Below, in pieces: positions 1 through 11,251 of a DNA stretch of 64,000 nucleotides; the first letter of the stretch is position 1; each line of letters starts with the position of its first letter. The notes below the pieces were generated by a model, which saw only the letters and a list, made by a program, of their open reading frames with translations, did not search any database and was not told the DNA's origin. Both the position numbers and the translations under genes were made by a program. This stretch comes from Mantamonas sphyraenae STR306 (Eukaryota; Protista; CRuMs). The DNA is taken from NCBI GenBank assembly GCA_026936335.1, contig JAPMXV010000029.1, forward strand, positions 1 to 64,000. Direction: 5' to 3'.

Positions 1-147
1 CCCTAACCTAACCCTAACCCTAACCCTAACCCTAACCCTAACCCTAACCCTAACCCTAACCCTAACCCTAACCCTAACCCTAACCCTAACCCTAACCCTA
101 ACCCTAACCCTAACCCTAACCCTAACCCTAACCCTAACCCTAACCCT
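1..147. repeat. Telomeric repeat (CCCTAA)n, i.e. TTAGGG on the minus strand; chromosome end
   Basis: About 24 tandem CCCTAA units from base 1 (one CCTAA variant at 7-11), C-rich strand at the 5' end as expected for a chromosome terminus. Confidence 0.98.
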
Positions 148-190
148 CTCCGCATCCGTTTCCGCCGACCGCGTCCATCGAGAAGGGCCT

Positions 191-631
191 GTGTCGGCCC
201 AGTCGACCGACGAGCAAAAAGCAAGGACAACCAAGCCCATGCTGTGGTCCTCCACACCGCTGGCGACAAGCCTTCACTCCACACTGTCTGGCTCCAACTC
301 GACATCGGTGCCCCCTTGTGGCCACGTGGGTCACTTTGTTGAGTACAACGTCAACAAGACGCTCGAGGCCCTGCCCGTCGCCCGCGACCTTGACTCCAGC
401 ACCATCTGCAGTGGCTACGTCTACGCCTACAGCGACAACTCAATCGCTTCCTTTGCTGTCCGTGACGGCATCTGCGAGACCCTTCTCGGAACCCGTTGGC
501 TCACCTCCTCCTCCAACTCCGCCCCGTCCTCATTCTTCTCCGAAGACGACCTCACTCCTGTGACCTACCTTGCCGTCGAAGCCATCCCTGACGACCGTCA
601 TTTGACTCTGGATGCCATCTGGCACATATAA
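191..631 (+). CDS. Small hypothetical ORF or 3' fragment of a gene next to the telomere
   Basis: 146-aa ORF with many C-ending codons and protein-like composition; the frame stays open back into the telomere; no recognisable domain. Confidence 0.35.
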   Translation: MSAQSTDEQKARTTKPMLWSSTPLATSLHSTLSGSNSTSVPPCGHVGHFVEYNVNKTLEALPVARDLDSSTICSGYVYAYSDNSIASFAVRDGICETLLGTRWLTSSSNSAPSSFFSEDDLTPVTYLAVEAIPDDRHLTLDAIWHI

Positions 632-832
632 ATCGCCCCATGCGCCGCTGATTCATGTCAGGTCTTAACCCAAGCGGGTGTCGATTTTGGAGAGGTCCAT
701 GAGCGGTAAACCACACACTGAACAGACTTTCAGACACCCATTACTCATCGTGACAACCTGGATACGTTCAACGCGCACAGGTCGAGTTCTCTGCCCGGCC
801 GCACCTCCACACAAACAAACGAGCAAGATACA

Positions 833-3800
833 ATGCACAGGGCCCTCGCTGCAGGTATCCTCGTCGTTTCTTTCCTCCTTCCTGTGCTCTTGGAGGAGGT
901 GGACGCAAGTTGCGAGCAACGTGACCAGCTCAGTGCGCTGGCAACTGCGTTGGGCGAATCCCCAGACAAAACGCAGTGCTTCTGCTCGTGGCAGAGTTTG
1001 GGTGTTGAATGCAACACGACCGCTCCAGGCTTCAATGGCACCGTTCCGTGCTGTGGCCACGAGGTTGTCCAGTTGGGCGTGATTCGGATCGGAGGGAACG
1101 TGTCCAAGGACGCTTTGACCCTCTTGCCTGGAATAACAGGTTTGATAGGAGTCGGCTTCTCATCAGTGACCTTTGCAGCCGCACCCACGGTGCTTTGTAC
1201 AATGGGATCGCTAATTGGAGTGTACATGGATGCTGTTGGCGAGACAAACATTCCTCAGTGCCTTGGGAACCTCTCGGCACTCCAGCAGCTCAGTTTGGCG
1301 GGCAACAAGCTGAAGTCTCTGCCCTTATCCTTAAGCACCTTCACACAGCTCACGTCATTGAGCTTGTACCGCAACCAGCTAACGTCACTCCCCGACTCCA
1401 TCTCGGCCCTCACCAAGCTCACGTCATTGAGCTTGTCCCACAACCAGCTAACGTCACTCCCCGACTCCATCTCGGCCCTCACCAAGCTCACGGAATTGAG
1501 CCTGTCCAACAACCAGCTAACGTCACTCCCCGACTCCATCTCGGCCCTCACCAAGCTCACGTCAATGTACATGTCAGGCAATCAGCTGAGGACACTCCCC
1601 GACTCCATCTCGGCCCTCACCAAGCTCACGTCATTGAGCCTGTCCAGTAATCAGCTGACGACACTCCCTGACTCCATCTCGGCTCTCACCCAGCTCACGT
1701 CACTGGACGTGTCCTCCAATCAGCTAACGTCACTCCCCGACTCCATCTCGGCCCTCACAAAGCTAACGGAATTGAGCCTGTCCAACAATCAGCTGACGAC
1801 ACTCCCTGACTCCATCTCGTCTCTCACCAAGCTTCCGTCGTTGGACGTGTCCATCAATCAGCTGACGACACTCCCTGACTCCATCTCGGCCCTTACCCAG
1901 CTCACGGAATTGAGCCTGTCCAACAATCAGCTGACGACACTTCCTGACTCCATCTCGTCCCTCACCAAGCTCACGTCATTGGACCTGTCCATCAATCAGC
2001 TGACGACACTCCCTGACTCCATCTCGGCCCTTACCCAGCTCACGTCATTGAAAGTGTTCTCCAATCAGCTAAAGCGACTCCCTGACTCCATCTCGGCCCT
2101 CACCAAGCTCACGTCATTGGGGGTGTCCTTCAATCAGCTGACGACACTCCCCGGCTCCATCTGGTCCCTCACCCACCTCACGTCCTTGGACTTGGACTCC
2201 AATCAGCTGACGATACTCCCGGACTCCATCTCGTCCCTCACCCAGCTCACGTCACTGGACGTGTCCTCCAATCAGCTGACGACACTCCCTGACTCCATCT
2301 TGTCCCTAACCAAGCTCACGTCATTGAGTCTGTCCAACAATCCGCTGATCTCGTTCCCCGACTTTGCGTACTTCTCGCACCTTTCCGTGCTGCGTCTGTC
2401 CGAAACCCAGCTTTCAACGTTTCCCGAGTCAATTCTGTCCCTCAAGGACCTATCAACACTGGATTTATCCAACAACCATCTTGCATCCGTGCCGGAATCC
2501 ATCGGCAGCCTATCGCAACTGTATATGTTGGACCTATCCTCCAACAAGCTGAGGTCGCTCCCCTCCTCCATGGGGAACCTCACCAAGCTATCTTATCTGT
2601 ACTGGTCGCAGAATCATCTGACTTCCGTGTCCTTCCTTGGGCAATTTCACAGCATGAATGTGTTGGATTTGTCCCGCAACCAGCTCACCATCCTTCCTTC
2701 CTCCATCGGTGCTCTGTCCCAGATGACAAGTCTGGACGTGTCCAACAACTTCCTGTCCTCCCTCCCGGACACCATTACCAACTGCACCGAGCTCGTGAAC
2801 CTGGATGTGTCCAACAACTTGCTCACCTCCCTGCCGCCTCTCTTTCGCAACTTCCACAAGCTCACCACTCTGGATGTATCCAACAACGTGCTCACGTCGT
2901 TGCCGCCCGCCTTTGGCAACTTCCCCAAGCTCACAACTCTGGATGTGTCCAACAACAAGCTTTCCGAGCTCCCCTCAACAATCGGCTCCCTGACGGCCGT
3001 TGCTTCGCTGGACGCGTCCTTCAACCAGCTTCGTTCCATCCCTCCATCCTTCAAGTCGATGACAGCACTTGTCACCGTCAACCTGGACAACAACCAGCTG
3101 GGAAGCCTCCCGACCGGTCTGGGTGCCCTCACCCAACTGCGTTCGTTGCAACTCTCCCACAACAACCTCTCTACATTCTCCGTCAATCCCAAACAGTTCC
3201 AAAAGCTTCTCGTGCTGTCGATGTCGCACAACGTCATCTCCTCCGTGCAGAATCTCGACGAGATGGTACAGTGCACCACTCTGGATCTTTCCCACAACAG
3301 GCTCACGTCCGTTCCACGCCTCCCAAAACCCCTAACAACGCTACGCCTTGAAAAGAACAACATCCAATCCAGCATCTTCGTGGGGGACCTCCCGTCAAGT
3401 CTCGTCAACCTCCACCTGGCAAACAACCGGATCCCAAAGCTGTCATTCTCCACCACCCTCCCCAACCTCCGCCTCCTCGACTTTTCCAACAACCCACATA
3501 CCATAGGCGACGTCTCTACCATGCATATGCCATCCCTGGAGACTCTCAAGGTGTACAACACCAGCCTCCGTGGCTCCATGTCTGCCTGGCGAGATCTGAA
3601 CAACCTCCAGCGCCTGGACATCCACAACACGTTGATAGGTGGCAGCTTCCCGCCTGCCATGCGCACCAGTCGCTCTTTGTGGTACGTGGACGTGCGCAAC
3701 ACGTCGACCGCGCTGGCTGGAGGCGAGGTCGGCTTCCTGCGACCGTCGCAAACAATCCAGAACCAGTTTGGCAACGTGACGTGTGCGGCCATGCAGCGAG

Positions 3801-5494
3801 CCGATGGCCAGAGCATGCTCTTCTTTTACGACCCCATCAACTGGATCGAGCAGTGCACGTGCGCGGCCCAGTTCTTTGGTCATCGCCAGCAGTGCTTGCA
3901 GTGCCCCGAGGAGTTTAGCGAGTGCCGCTGCACCGCAGGCTCCATCCGAGGGTGCCGTGTAGTGGCAGCGCCAAACGCCACACACTCATCTCTGGCAGTG
4001 CTGCCGTGTCCCGTGGCAGCCGCGTGTCCAAAGTTGCAGCAAGACAACGGCGACGGCCGTACTCGGGGCAGCGAATGTGCCCCTGGGTACCAGAGTGGTT
4101 CTCGTCTGTGCAGCGAGTGTGCACGTGGCTACTACAAGAGCGCGCGTGTGTGCTTGCAGTGTCCGACGACGGTGGAGGTGGCGTTGGGCATTGTGCTGTA
4201 CGCTGTGCTTGCGGCGCTGTTCCTCATTGTGGTGATCCGACAGCGCCTGCACCACGGAGGCGACAGTGCCACACTCAAGGTGACGCTGTTCTTTTGGCAG
4301 ATTCTTGCGACGATTGAAAAGTCGTCGATCTCACTGACGAGCGCGTTGCACCGCGTCGAGGAAGCGAACGGGTCTGTGTCGCTGAGTGGCATGTTGGGCC
4401 AGGTCATGCAGGTGGTCAACCATGTGGCCTCATCGGTGAACCTGTCTCTGTCGTCTGTGCAGTGCCTGTTTACCGCCCCGGACGGATACACAGAGCGATG
4501 GAGCGGGGCATTCGTGGCCAGCACGACGATGGTGCTGCCGTTGCTTGTGCTGGGAGCCGTTGTGTCGCTTGTTTGGGATGTGTACACAAAGAGACGGGGG
4601 AACAGTGGAGTTGATGACGATGAGGCCAACGGGGACGACACGGTCGATTTGTTCAGCGACACCAGCACGAACAACAACGGGGTTGCTCTGAAGCACAAGA
4701 TCACGGGAGTGGCTCTGTTTGCATTGCACGTTGCGTATGGACCCATCCTGCTGCAAGCACTGAGCTTTCTGATGTGCACGGACGCGGCCACGGGCGTGCG
4801 TGGGGAGACGCCGTGGCGCTACCTGAACCAATACCCGTTCATTGTGTGCCAGGGCAGACCGCTTGATGGGACGCTTGTCGACGTGCAAGGAGTTTCCTGG
4901 GCGCTTCTGGTGCTGGTGGGCATCTGCGTGCCGCTGGTGGACGTTGTGGCGCTTGTGTACGTGTGGAAGACGCAGGCGACGGAGGAACGGTGGGCACAGA
5001 CGGCGTTTGGTTTCTTGTACCGTTCTTACAGACCAGATAGGATGTGGTACGAGCTGGTGGTGATTGGGCGGCGTGTGGTGGTCACCGTGTTGGTGACGGC
5101 CGTACCATTCTACTCGCAGATCACGTTCTTCATCGTGCTCTTTCTGACGCTTGTGGTGTCGATTTGGGTGCACGGGCGGCTTCGACCATTCGTACGCTCG
5201 CTGGACAACAAGATGGAGACATTGAGCCTGTACACCCTGCAAACGGTGTTTGTGACTGGAACGGCGGTAACGCTGAGCAAGGCGCGGTTCGACACGGACG
5301 CAGTGGAAGTTGTGGCGCTGGGTGTGATTGTGGTGACGATGTGCGTTGGGGTGGCGCTTGTGGTGGCTCTGGGATCAAAGAGTGCCTACGCGGCGTTCAG
5401 GCGGATGCGGGCAGGGACCAAGGCGGGAGCGCGGTCGGATGACAAGGTCGGGATGAGGTTGTTAAACGAGCCGCTACTCTCTGAAAGAGCATGA
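833..5494 (+). CDS. Cell-surface LRR receptor-like protein: signal peptide, long 23-aa LRR array, Cys-rich region, multi-pass (~7 or more TM) C-terminus
   Basis: Uninterrupted 1553-aa ORF; hydrophobic N-terminus (ALAAGILVVSFLLPVLL); repeats such as LTSLSLSNNQLTTLPDSISALTK; CxxC motifs (CAPGYQSGSRLCSECARGYY); several hydrophobic segments, including FGFLYRSYRPDRMWYELVVIGRR. Confidence 0.92.
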   Translation: MHRALAAGILVVSFLLPVLLEEVDASCEQRDQLSALATALGESPDKTQCFCSWQSLGVECNTTAPGFNGTVPCCGHEVVQLGVIRIGGNVSKDALTLLPGITGLIGVGFSSVTFAAAPTVLCTMGSLIGVYMDAVGETNIPQCLGNLSALQQLSLAGNKLKSLPLSLSTFTQLTSLSLYRNQLTSLPDSISALTKLTSLSLSHNQLTSLPDSISALTKLTELSLSNNQLTSLPDSISALTKLTSMYMSGNQLRTLPDSISALTKLTSLSLSSNQLTTLPDSISALTQLTSLDVSSNQLTSLPDSISALTKLTELSLSNNQLTTLPDSISSLTKLPSLDVSINQLTTLPDSISALTQLTELSLSNNQLTTLPDSISSLTKLTSLDLSINQLTTLPDSISALTQLTSLKVFSNQLKRLPDSISALTKLTSLGVSFNQLTTLPGSIWSLTHLTSLDLDSNQLTILPDSISSLTQLTSLDVSSNQLTTLPDSILSLTKLTSLSLSNNPLISFPDFAYFSHLSVLRLSETQLSTFPESILSLKDLSTLDLSNNHLASVPESIGSLSQLYMLDLSSNKLRSLPSSMGNLTKLSYLYWSQNHLTSVSFLGQFHSMNVLDLSRNQLTILPSSIGALSQMTSLDVSNNFLSSLPDTITNCTELVNLDVSNNLLTSLPPLFRNFHKLTTLDVSNNVLTSLPPAFGNFPKLTTLDVSNNKLSELPSTIGSLTAVASLDASFNQLRSIPPSFKSMTALVTVNLDNNQLGSLPTGLGALTQLRSLQLSHNNLSTFSVNPKQFQKLLVLSMSHNVISSVQNLDEMVQCTTLDLSHNRLTSVPRLPKPLTTLRLEKNNIQSSIFVGDLPSSLVNLHLANNRIPKLSFSTTLPNLRLLDFSNNPHTIGDVSTMHMPSLETLKVYNTSLRGSMSAWRDLNNLQRLDIHNTLIGGSFPPAMRTSRSLWYVDVRNTSTALAGGEVGFLRPSQTIQNQFGNVTCAAMQRADGQSMLFFYDPINWIEQCTCAAQFFGHRQQCLQCPEEFSECRCTAGSIRGCRVVAAPNATHSSLAVLPCPVAAACPKLQQDNGDGRTRGSECAPGYQSGSRLCSECARGYYKSARVCLQCPTTVEVALGIVLYAVLAALFLIVVIRQRLHHGGDSATLKVTLFFWQILATIEKSSISLTSALHRVEEANGSVSLSGMLGQVMQVVNHVASSVNLSLSSVQCLFTAPDGYTERWSGAFVASTTMVLPLLVLGAVVSLVWDVYTKRRGNSGVDDDEANGDDTVDLFSDTSTNNNGVALKHKITGVALFALHVAYGPILLQALSFLMCTDAATGVRGETPWRYLNQYPFIVCQGRPLDGTLVDVQGVSWALLVLVGICVPLVDVVALVYVWKTQATEERWAQTAFGFLYRSYRPDRMWYELVVIGRRVVVTVLVTAVPFYSQITFFIVLFLTLVVSIWVHGRLRPFVRSLDNKMETLSLYTLQTVFVTGTAVTLSKARFDTDAVEVVALGVIVVTMCVGVALVVALGSKSAYAAFRRMRAGTKAGARSDDKVGMRLLNEPLLSERA
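1343..2345 (+). repeat. About 15 near-identical 69-bp coding tandem repeats (23-aa LRR)
   Basis: Recurring CAGCT(A/G)ACG(T/A)CACTCCC(C/T)GACTCCATCTCGGCCCTCACCAAGCTCACG at 69-bp spacing. Confidence 0.93.
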
Positions 5495-5712
5495 GCGCAA
5501 GAGAGGTCAACCCCGGACACTAGCGTCTCCTTGCGATGGAAAGTGCAAGAACGCCTCCTTCAACCATGACAACATGATCCGGACCACCAGCACAGAGTCT
5601 AACAACTTGGCTATGGCAAAGGCACGTGCCATGCGCGCCTACCGACTGCGCGAATCTCCACCCCCATCCCCCCTCTCCAAGACAATGAACGCCGAATCCC
5701 GTGCACCCACCT

Positions 5713-8700
5713 TCACGTGAATCCCTCTCCCCTTCCCACAATCAACGCCGCGTGATCAGCACCTACATCCTCCGGCGCCACCTTGTTCGACACCTTCGAG
5801 TACAGCGTCTCGGCGAGCCAGAAGCGCTGGTCCTTGATCTTGTCCAGCTCGTTGTCCGCCTTGGCTTCGCCCCTGAGCTTGCCGTTCACGTACAGCTTCC
5901 ACGTGCCGCTCTCCACGTCGTAGCCGGCACCCAGGCACATCCAGGTGGCCACATCCCTCCTCCGCCAGCATGTACCCCGTCTCCACAAATCTCGTCTTTG
6001 ACGGACGCGACGTGCCTTCGCCACGCGCACAACGAACAAGCGGTTGTCGCGCTTCGGGCCGCCCGTCAGCGAGTACTGGGCCTCGTTCTCCCCCGGCATG
6101 CCGTCACACTTGACCCACATCTCCACAAACATCCTCACCTTCGATCCGCCGCCCAGATCCACACAGGTGTGCTCCTCGCTGCGAAAGTCCACCGCAACGC
6201 CACGCTCAAAGCGTGCCAGCTCCACCGTCTTCTCGCCCGCCCCGTCCAGAAAACCCTGGATGTTGCCATCGGCGTCGGTCGTGCACTTGTACTCGCCCCA
6301 CGTCCAGTTGTTCTCCTGGCCCTCCAGCACGTCCACCTCGCGGAACACAAGGCTGTTGGCACACCCAGTTCACCCTCCACCTTCACCACCGTCTCCTCCG
6401 ACGGCCAGTTCAGCTCGCCCGAGAAATCGCGGCCGTCCACCTTTTTCCATCTTGAGCTCAATGGTGGCCAGGGCCCCATTCGCCGTCTACACGCCGTTGA
6501 GCTGGCGCAACTTGAACAGCGAGCCATCGGACGACGACACGAGCGAGTCCACGTTGTAGCGCACTGTGTCGCCGTTGTTCACGCTGAAGGACACGCTTTC
6601 GCCCTACGCCATCACCGTCACCGCACATGGCGCCACACGGCTCGCTGAACTGCGCGCCCAGGTTCTCGCCATTCTTGGTCACAAACACCTCACCATTGTC
6701 GTAGTCGCGGCCGATGCCCACCACGTCGCCCGCCACAGAAAACGATGTGCCCTTTCCCAGGGCCGTCACCTCCTCCTCATTCAGCTCAACCCGTCCATCC
6801 GACGTAAATGTCACCCTGCGCACGCTGACATCGTTGTCGTACACGCACGACACTCGCCATTCGCCTTCCCTCCACTTCACCCTCGCCCACCATGCCCGTG
6901 ACATAGCCCAGTGCAAGGTGTGGCTGCCCTCCACCATCGAGTGTCCACTGTGATCTCCACGCCGTCCGTGGACCACCAGCTGATCCTTGTTCGGGGCACC
7001 CTCTGCCCTGGAACTGCAGATCGTGCCACAGGTCCTGATTCGCTGCCATAGCCCAGTGCAAGGTGTGGCTGCCCTCCACCATCGAGTGTCCACTGTGATC
7101 TCCACGCCGTCCGTGGACCACCAGCTGATCCTTGTTCGGGGCACCCTCTGCCCTGGAACTGCAGATCGTGCCACAGGTCCTGATTCGCTGCCAGAGGCGG
7201 CAGGTTCTCCTCGCCTGCGGTCAGAACCCTCGTAGCGGTTGCCCAGCAGCTCGTCGTCACCCTGCACGTACTGCAACACCGACTGGACCATCTGCGCCAC
7301 GTCGATGTCCGTTTCGCCTTTCTTCGCCGTGTTGACCACCACCTCGCAACACACGTTGTCCGGCATGGCCACACGTGCCACCTCGCCCTCAAGCAAAGAG
7401 CGTGTGTTGCACAACGCCTCCTCCAGACGCTGCACCTTGGTCAGCAACACATCCGCTTCCGGATGCGTTCAGGTTTGGTGGTGGCCAGTGTCATCAGATC
7501 CGACAGCAGGTTGCTGGCCAGGAACTGGTCGCTGCTCGCGCTCTGTGTGTGCTGATCAACATCAGAGAAAGCACCTTCAGGCGTTGAACAACTTGGCCAC
7601 AGACGAGTCGCCGTCGTCGGTCGTCTCGCCCTCCTTGTGCTGCACAGCTGCCTTCAGCACAGCTCTGAATGCTTCGCTCAGACCTGCAGTCAGTGAGGAA
7701 CACATCCGTCCTTCACGGCCGCGTCGCCGTCCAGTTCGGGGGCGGTTCTGGCTCAGGTCCAGCAGCTGCGAGTCGGCCTTGACCACCTCGTCGAGCAGCA
7801 CCGGCACGTACGACGTGGTCGCACTGTACCACATCACCATGCCCAGTCTCCTCCTTCGCTCTCAGTGACAATGTCCACCACACGGCTGCTCGTGCGCACG
7901 CAGTCGGGTCAGAGTCCACCCAGCACGCTGAGTGCGCCCATCCCCAATCGCTTCACGTTCGCCCATGGCAAACAATCCGCTGCTCACGCCCTTCCATCAC
8001 GGCTGGGATGTCGCCCAGTGTACGTTTGGTCAGCGCCTGCTTCAGATCCTCGCCCCACATGTCGCACGACAGCAGCGGCCGCAGCAGCAACGCACGCTCG
8101 CCCGAGCGGCTCCCTGCACTTTGGCGTCCGTCTGCACACCCAAAGGGCAAAGGCGTTGCCCACCACACACGCACAGGAGCGAGTTTGATCAGCACAGCCG
8201 CCGGGTTGTCAGAAGACACTGTGCGCACGCCCACAAACGTCTCCACCATTCTGGCCCAGGCCCGGTCGGGTGCTGGCGTGTGAAATGCCTTGCGGCAAGC
8301 ACGGATGGCCATCGCCGTGTTTGTCCACGACGAGCTGAGATCGTTGTCCATCACAATGCTCAGCTTCAGCTGCACAACCTGTCCCATGGACACACGTGTC
8401 GCTGCGTATGGATGCACCAGCACAGAGGGGGGCAACATCGTCTGCAGGACACACTCCACGCTGTGGCTCACCAGGTTGGGCACGCTCAGCGCAACAACGG
8501 CACGTTCGGCAGCGCCTCCTCGTCCGCAGCTGCTCCCCCTTTGCTGAAGCGCACCTCAGTCACAAAACCATCCAAACCTTCCGTGACCACGCCTGTGAAC
8601 CTCCCGTCCATGCGCACCGGTGTGGTGCCGATCATGGAGCGGCACCGCCCACCTCCCGTTGCCGTTCATGACCAGTTTCAGGACAGTTTGGTGGCGCTGC

Positions 8701-10900
8701 GCGATACGGCACACATGCGTCCACGTGCGATCCAGGATCGACTCACTGCTCTCCACGCCCTGGCCACCGCATTCCCCCGTCACCTCCTTTGGTCGTCGCC
8801 GTTGCCGTTGCACAGCTTGCGGCGTGGACCTGTGGCGCTGCCGTCGCCGTCGGGCGTCTCGTTTGCTCACGACGCGACTGCCGCTGTTGCCCGCTTGTTC
8901 TTGTACAACCACAGGCCGACCGTATTCGTGGTTGGCACGCCCAATCCCTCGTTGGTGGCATGCAGGTGGGCCACGCGACCCAGCAACCACAGCGAGTCCT
9001 CGGCAAAACCTTGCCACCGCTCACGTTGTCGCTTTGCACAGTCGACAGCGCGTTGCCTGCCTCGTTCAGTGCAGACCCTTCCTTGCAGACGATGGCAAAG
9101 CACATCCTCGGCCAGGCGCTGGCTGTTGGATGGCCGTCTTCTGGCCCTTGGCTCCAAACCGGGGGTCGTTGGCGCATGGTCAGCAGGGCCAAGATGCGGA
9201 ACAGGCTCGTGACCTGCCCTTGGATGTGTCCTGCAGCTGACCATTCAGCTTCTGCCATTCGTCCAACTTGAGCTGCGCCTCCTTCACATTCTTCATGCTG
9301 CCCTCCTTGTGGCCGACATCGCGCACTTGGGCACGCAGATCCCGTGAGGCCTACTCGCGCTCCAGATCGCCCTCGAACGAGAGGAAACGGCGTACAGCGC
9401 ACCCAGGCACCTTCGATGGCATTCAGTTGCTGCGAGTCATTGTCGCGGTAGTCCACGCACATGACCTTGAGGGCCACGGCGAGGGCGTCCATCCCGCTGC
9501 CTGCGAATGCCACGCGGCTTTGCGACTGGCACATCGACTGGATGGAGTCCACACCAGCGACTGCAGCAGGTTGTTTGCAGCTGTTTTGGTCACCATTTTG
9601 GGTGTTGAGGTTGTTGCCGGACGCGTCCACGCCCTGCAGGCACACGATCAAGAGGATGTCCACCAGAGAGGTTGTCCTCCTCTCCTTGCATCCCAACCCC
9701 CCAGGGGACGTTGCACTCTCCTCGTTTGTCCACGCGTGTCTCATTGCGAATCGCCCGTGAACCGCCGCAGCACCCGGATCTGCCCCCCTGGTTGTCCTCC
9801 GGCTCCTCGGACACGCTGTCACTCACGGTGTCACATGCAGGCCGATCTCAACAGCTTCGACATGGTCTGGCAACACCATGCGATGTGGAAGCAACACAGA
9901 GCGTGTTCGACTGATGCGCACATCCAACCTACGTCAGCTTGTCCATCGTCCGCTCCAGCAAACTGCACAACTCAACCGCACGCTCTCGGACCACGGTCCA
10001 CGTCATTTTCTCCTCAATCCCCCATGCCTTCAGCTGCCCCAATCCTGTCACTTCATTATCTGCTTCAGACCCACTTCATCGTCTCCATGGCGTTCGTTCA
10101 CCCTTGTTCCTGCCGCTGCCAAACTTGCCACTCGAGCACCCCCTTCAGATTCCCTGGGGCGAGTCGACCCAAGCAACCTTTGCTGCTGCTGCCCCCCAAA
10201 GCACCGCCTGCCTTGAACGGTGTCGTCTGCAACACAACGTCGTGTTGCAGGCAGCAAGAGCCCAGCAGAAGGCCGCCACGGTGCATCAGGCACTTCCCGC
10301 TCTTCCACCCATCTTCAGCTTCCTTCCTTCTTCAAGTCCACGGCCACCTTCTTTCCTCCAGCCCAGTCGTCGTCATCCACGCCTGTGTTGGCTGACGTTT
10401 GCACCTAGTGCACAACCTTGACGGCCTGCTTGTGCACACGTCCTTCATGTTCTTCCGCGCCAGTTCGTCCTTGGGCGTTTGTGCAACCATGGTGGCCTCT
10501 ACGGACATGCCCTCGTCCGTGTTTGAGTATGGACACACACACTGGTCGAACTGCGCCAAGCACCCTCTCATCTTTGGCCATCTTCACGGCCTTACCAAGC
10601 AGCAGCGCTGTGTCCTTGTCACAATGCATCACCAGGTCGTGCTCCATGCTGGCAATGGGGTCCTGAAGGAGTGTTTCCACCTCCCCTCTTGTTGCTCTGT
10701 GAACGCGTGAGCGGCGTAGGCTTCCCTTGTCCTTGACGAGTCGCGCTTCCACGCGCCATATTCTTCCCGCCAACAAACGCCCTCAACCACGCCCAATGCG
10801 GCCCTTTCCACACAACATGGTTCCACTGTGGTCAACACTGGTTCCACTCTGGATGATTGCGTACGCGCCAAGGGATTGTTGGACAGCGCATGGATGTGTT
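5713..10900 (-). pseudogene. Fragmented large gene with a SPRY/B30.2-like domain and a C-terminal LamG/ConA-like segment
   Basis: GDVVGIGRDYDNGEVFVTKNGENLG (SPRY-like) at ~6650-6730 and LGAGYDVESGTWKLYVNGKLRG near 5870-5940; coding-like pieces are spread over several frames; the 5' extent is uncertain. Confidence 0.55.
6902..7191. repeat. Direct tandem duplication, 2 x 145 bp
   Basis: 6902-7046 and 7047-7191 both read CATAGCCCAGTGCAAGG...CCTGATTCGCTGC. Confidence 0.95.
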
Positions 10901-11251
10901 CAGCCCGTGTTTCGTCTCCCTTCGCTGCACCGTCCGCCCGAACCAGCCTCCCGTCTTTTCACAACGTGTCACTTTGCATTGTTTCCCACTCGACCATTTC
11001 CATCACACAGGCAGTGGACATGGCCATGCACTGCATTCTCTTGCCACTCACTGCGCCATCTGAAGCTCCTCCGCCACTTGCTCCGCCCATTCACACGCCT
11101 GTGTCATGTCCCCACATCTCACCTTGACATAATCGTTGCCATAGTTGTCCACACACACGTGACTAGCTCCCTAGCCATCCCCTCTCCCACCCTTTCCTCC
11201 TCTCCTGCGTCCAAAAAAGGACGTCCATTAATCCTTGATCAACCCAATCCT

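Noticed and set aside
3-305. ORF ending in poly-(GL)
   Set aside because: It is the translation of the telomeric repeat, not a gene
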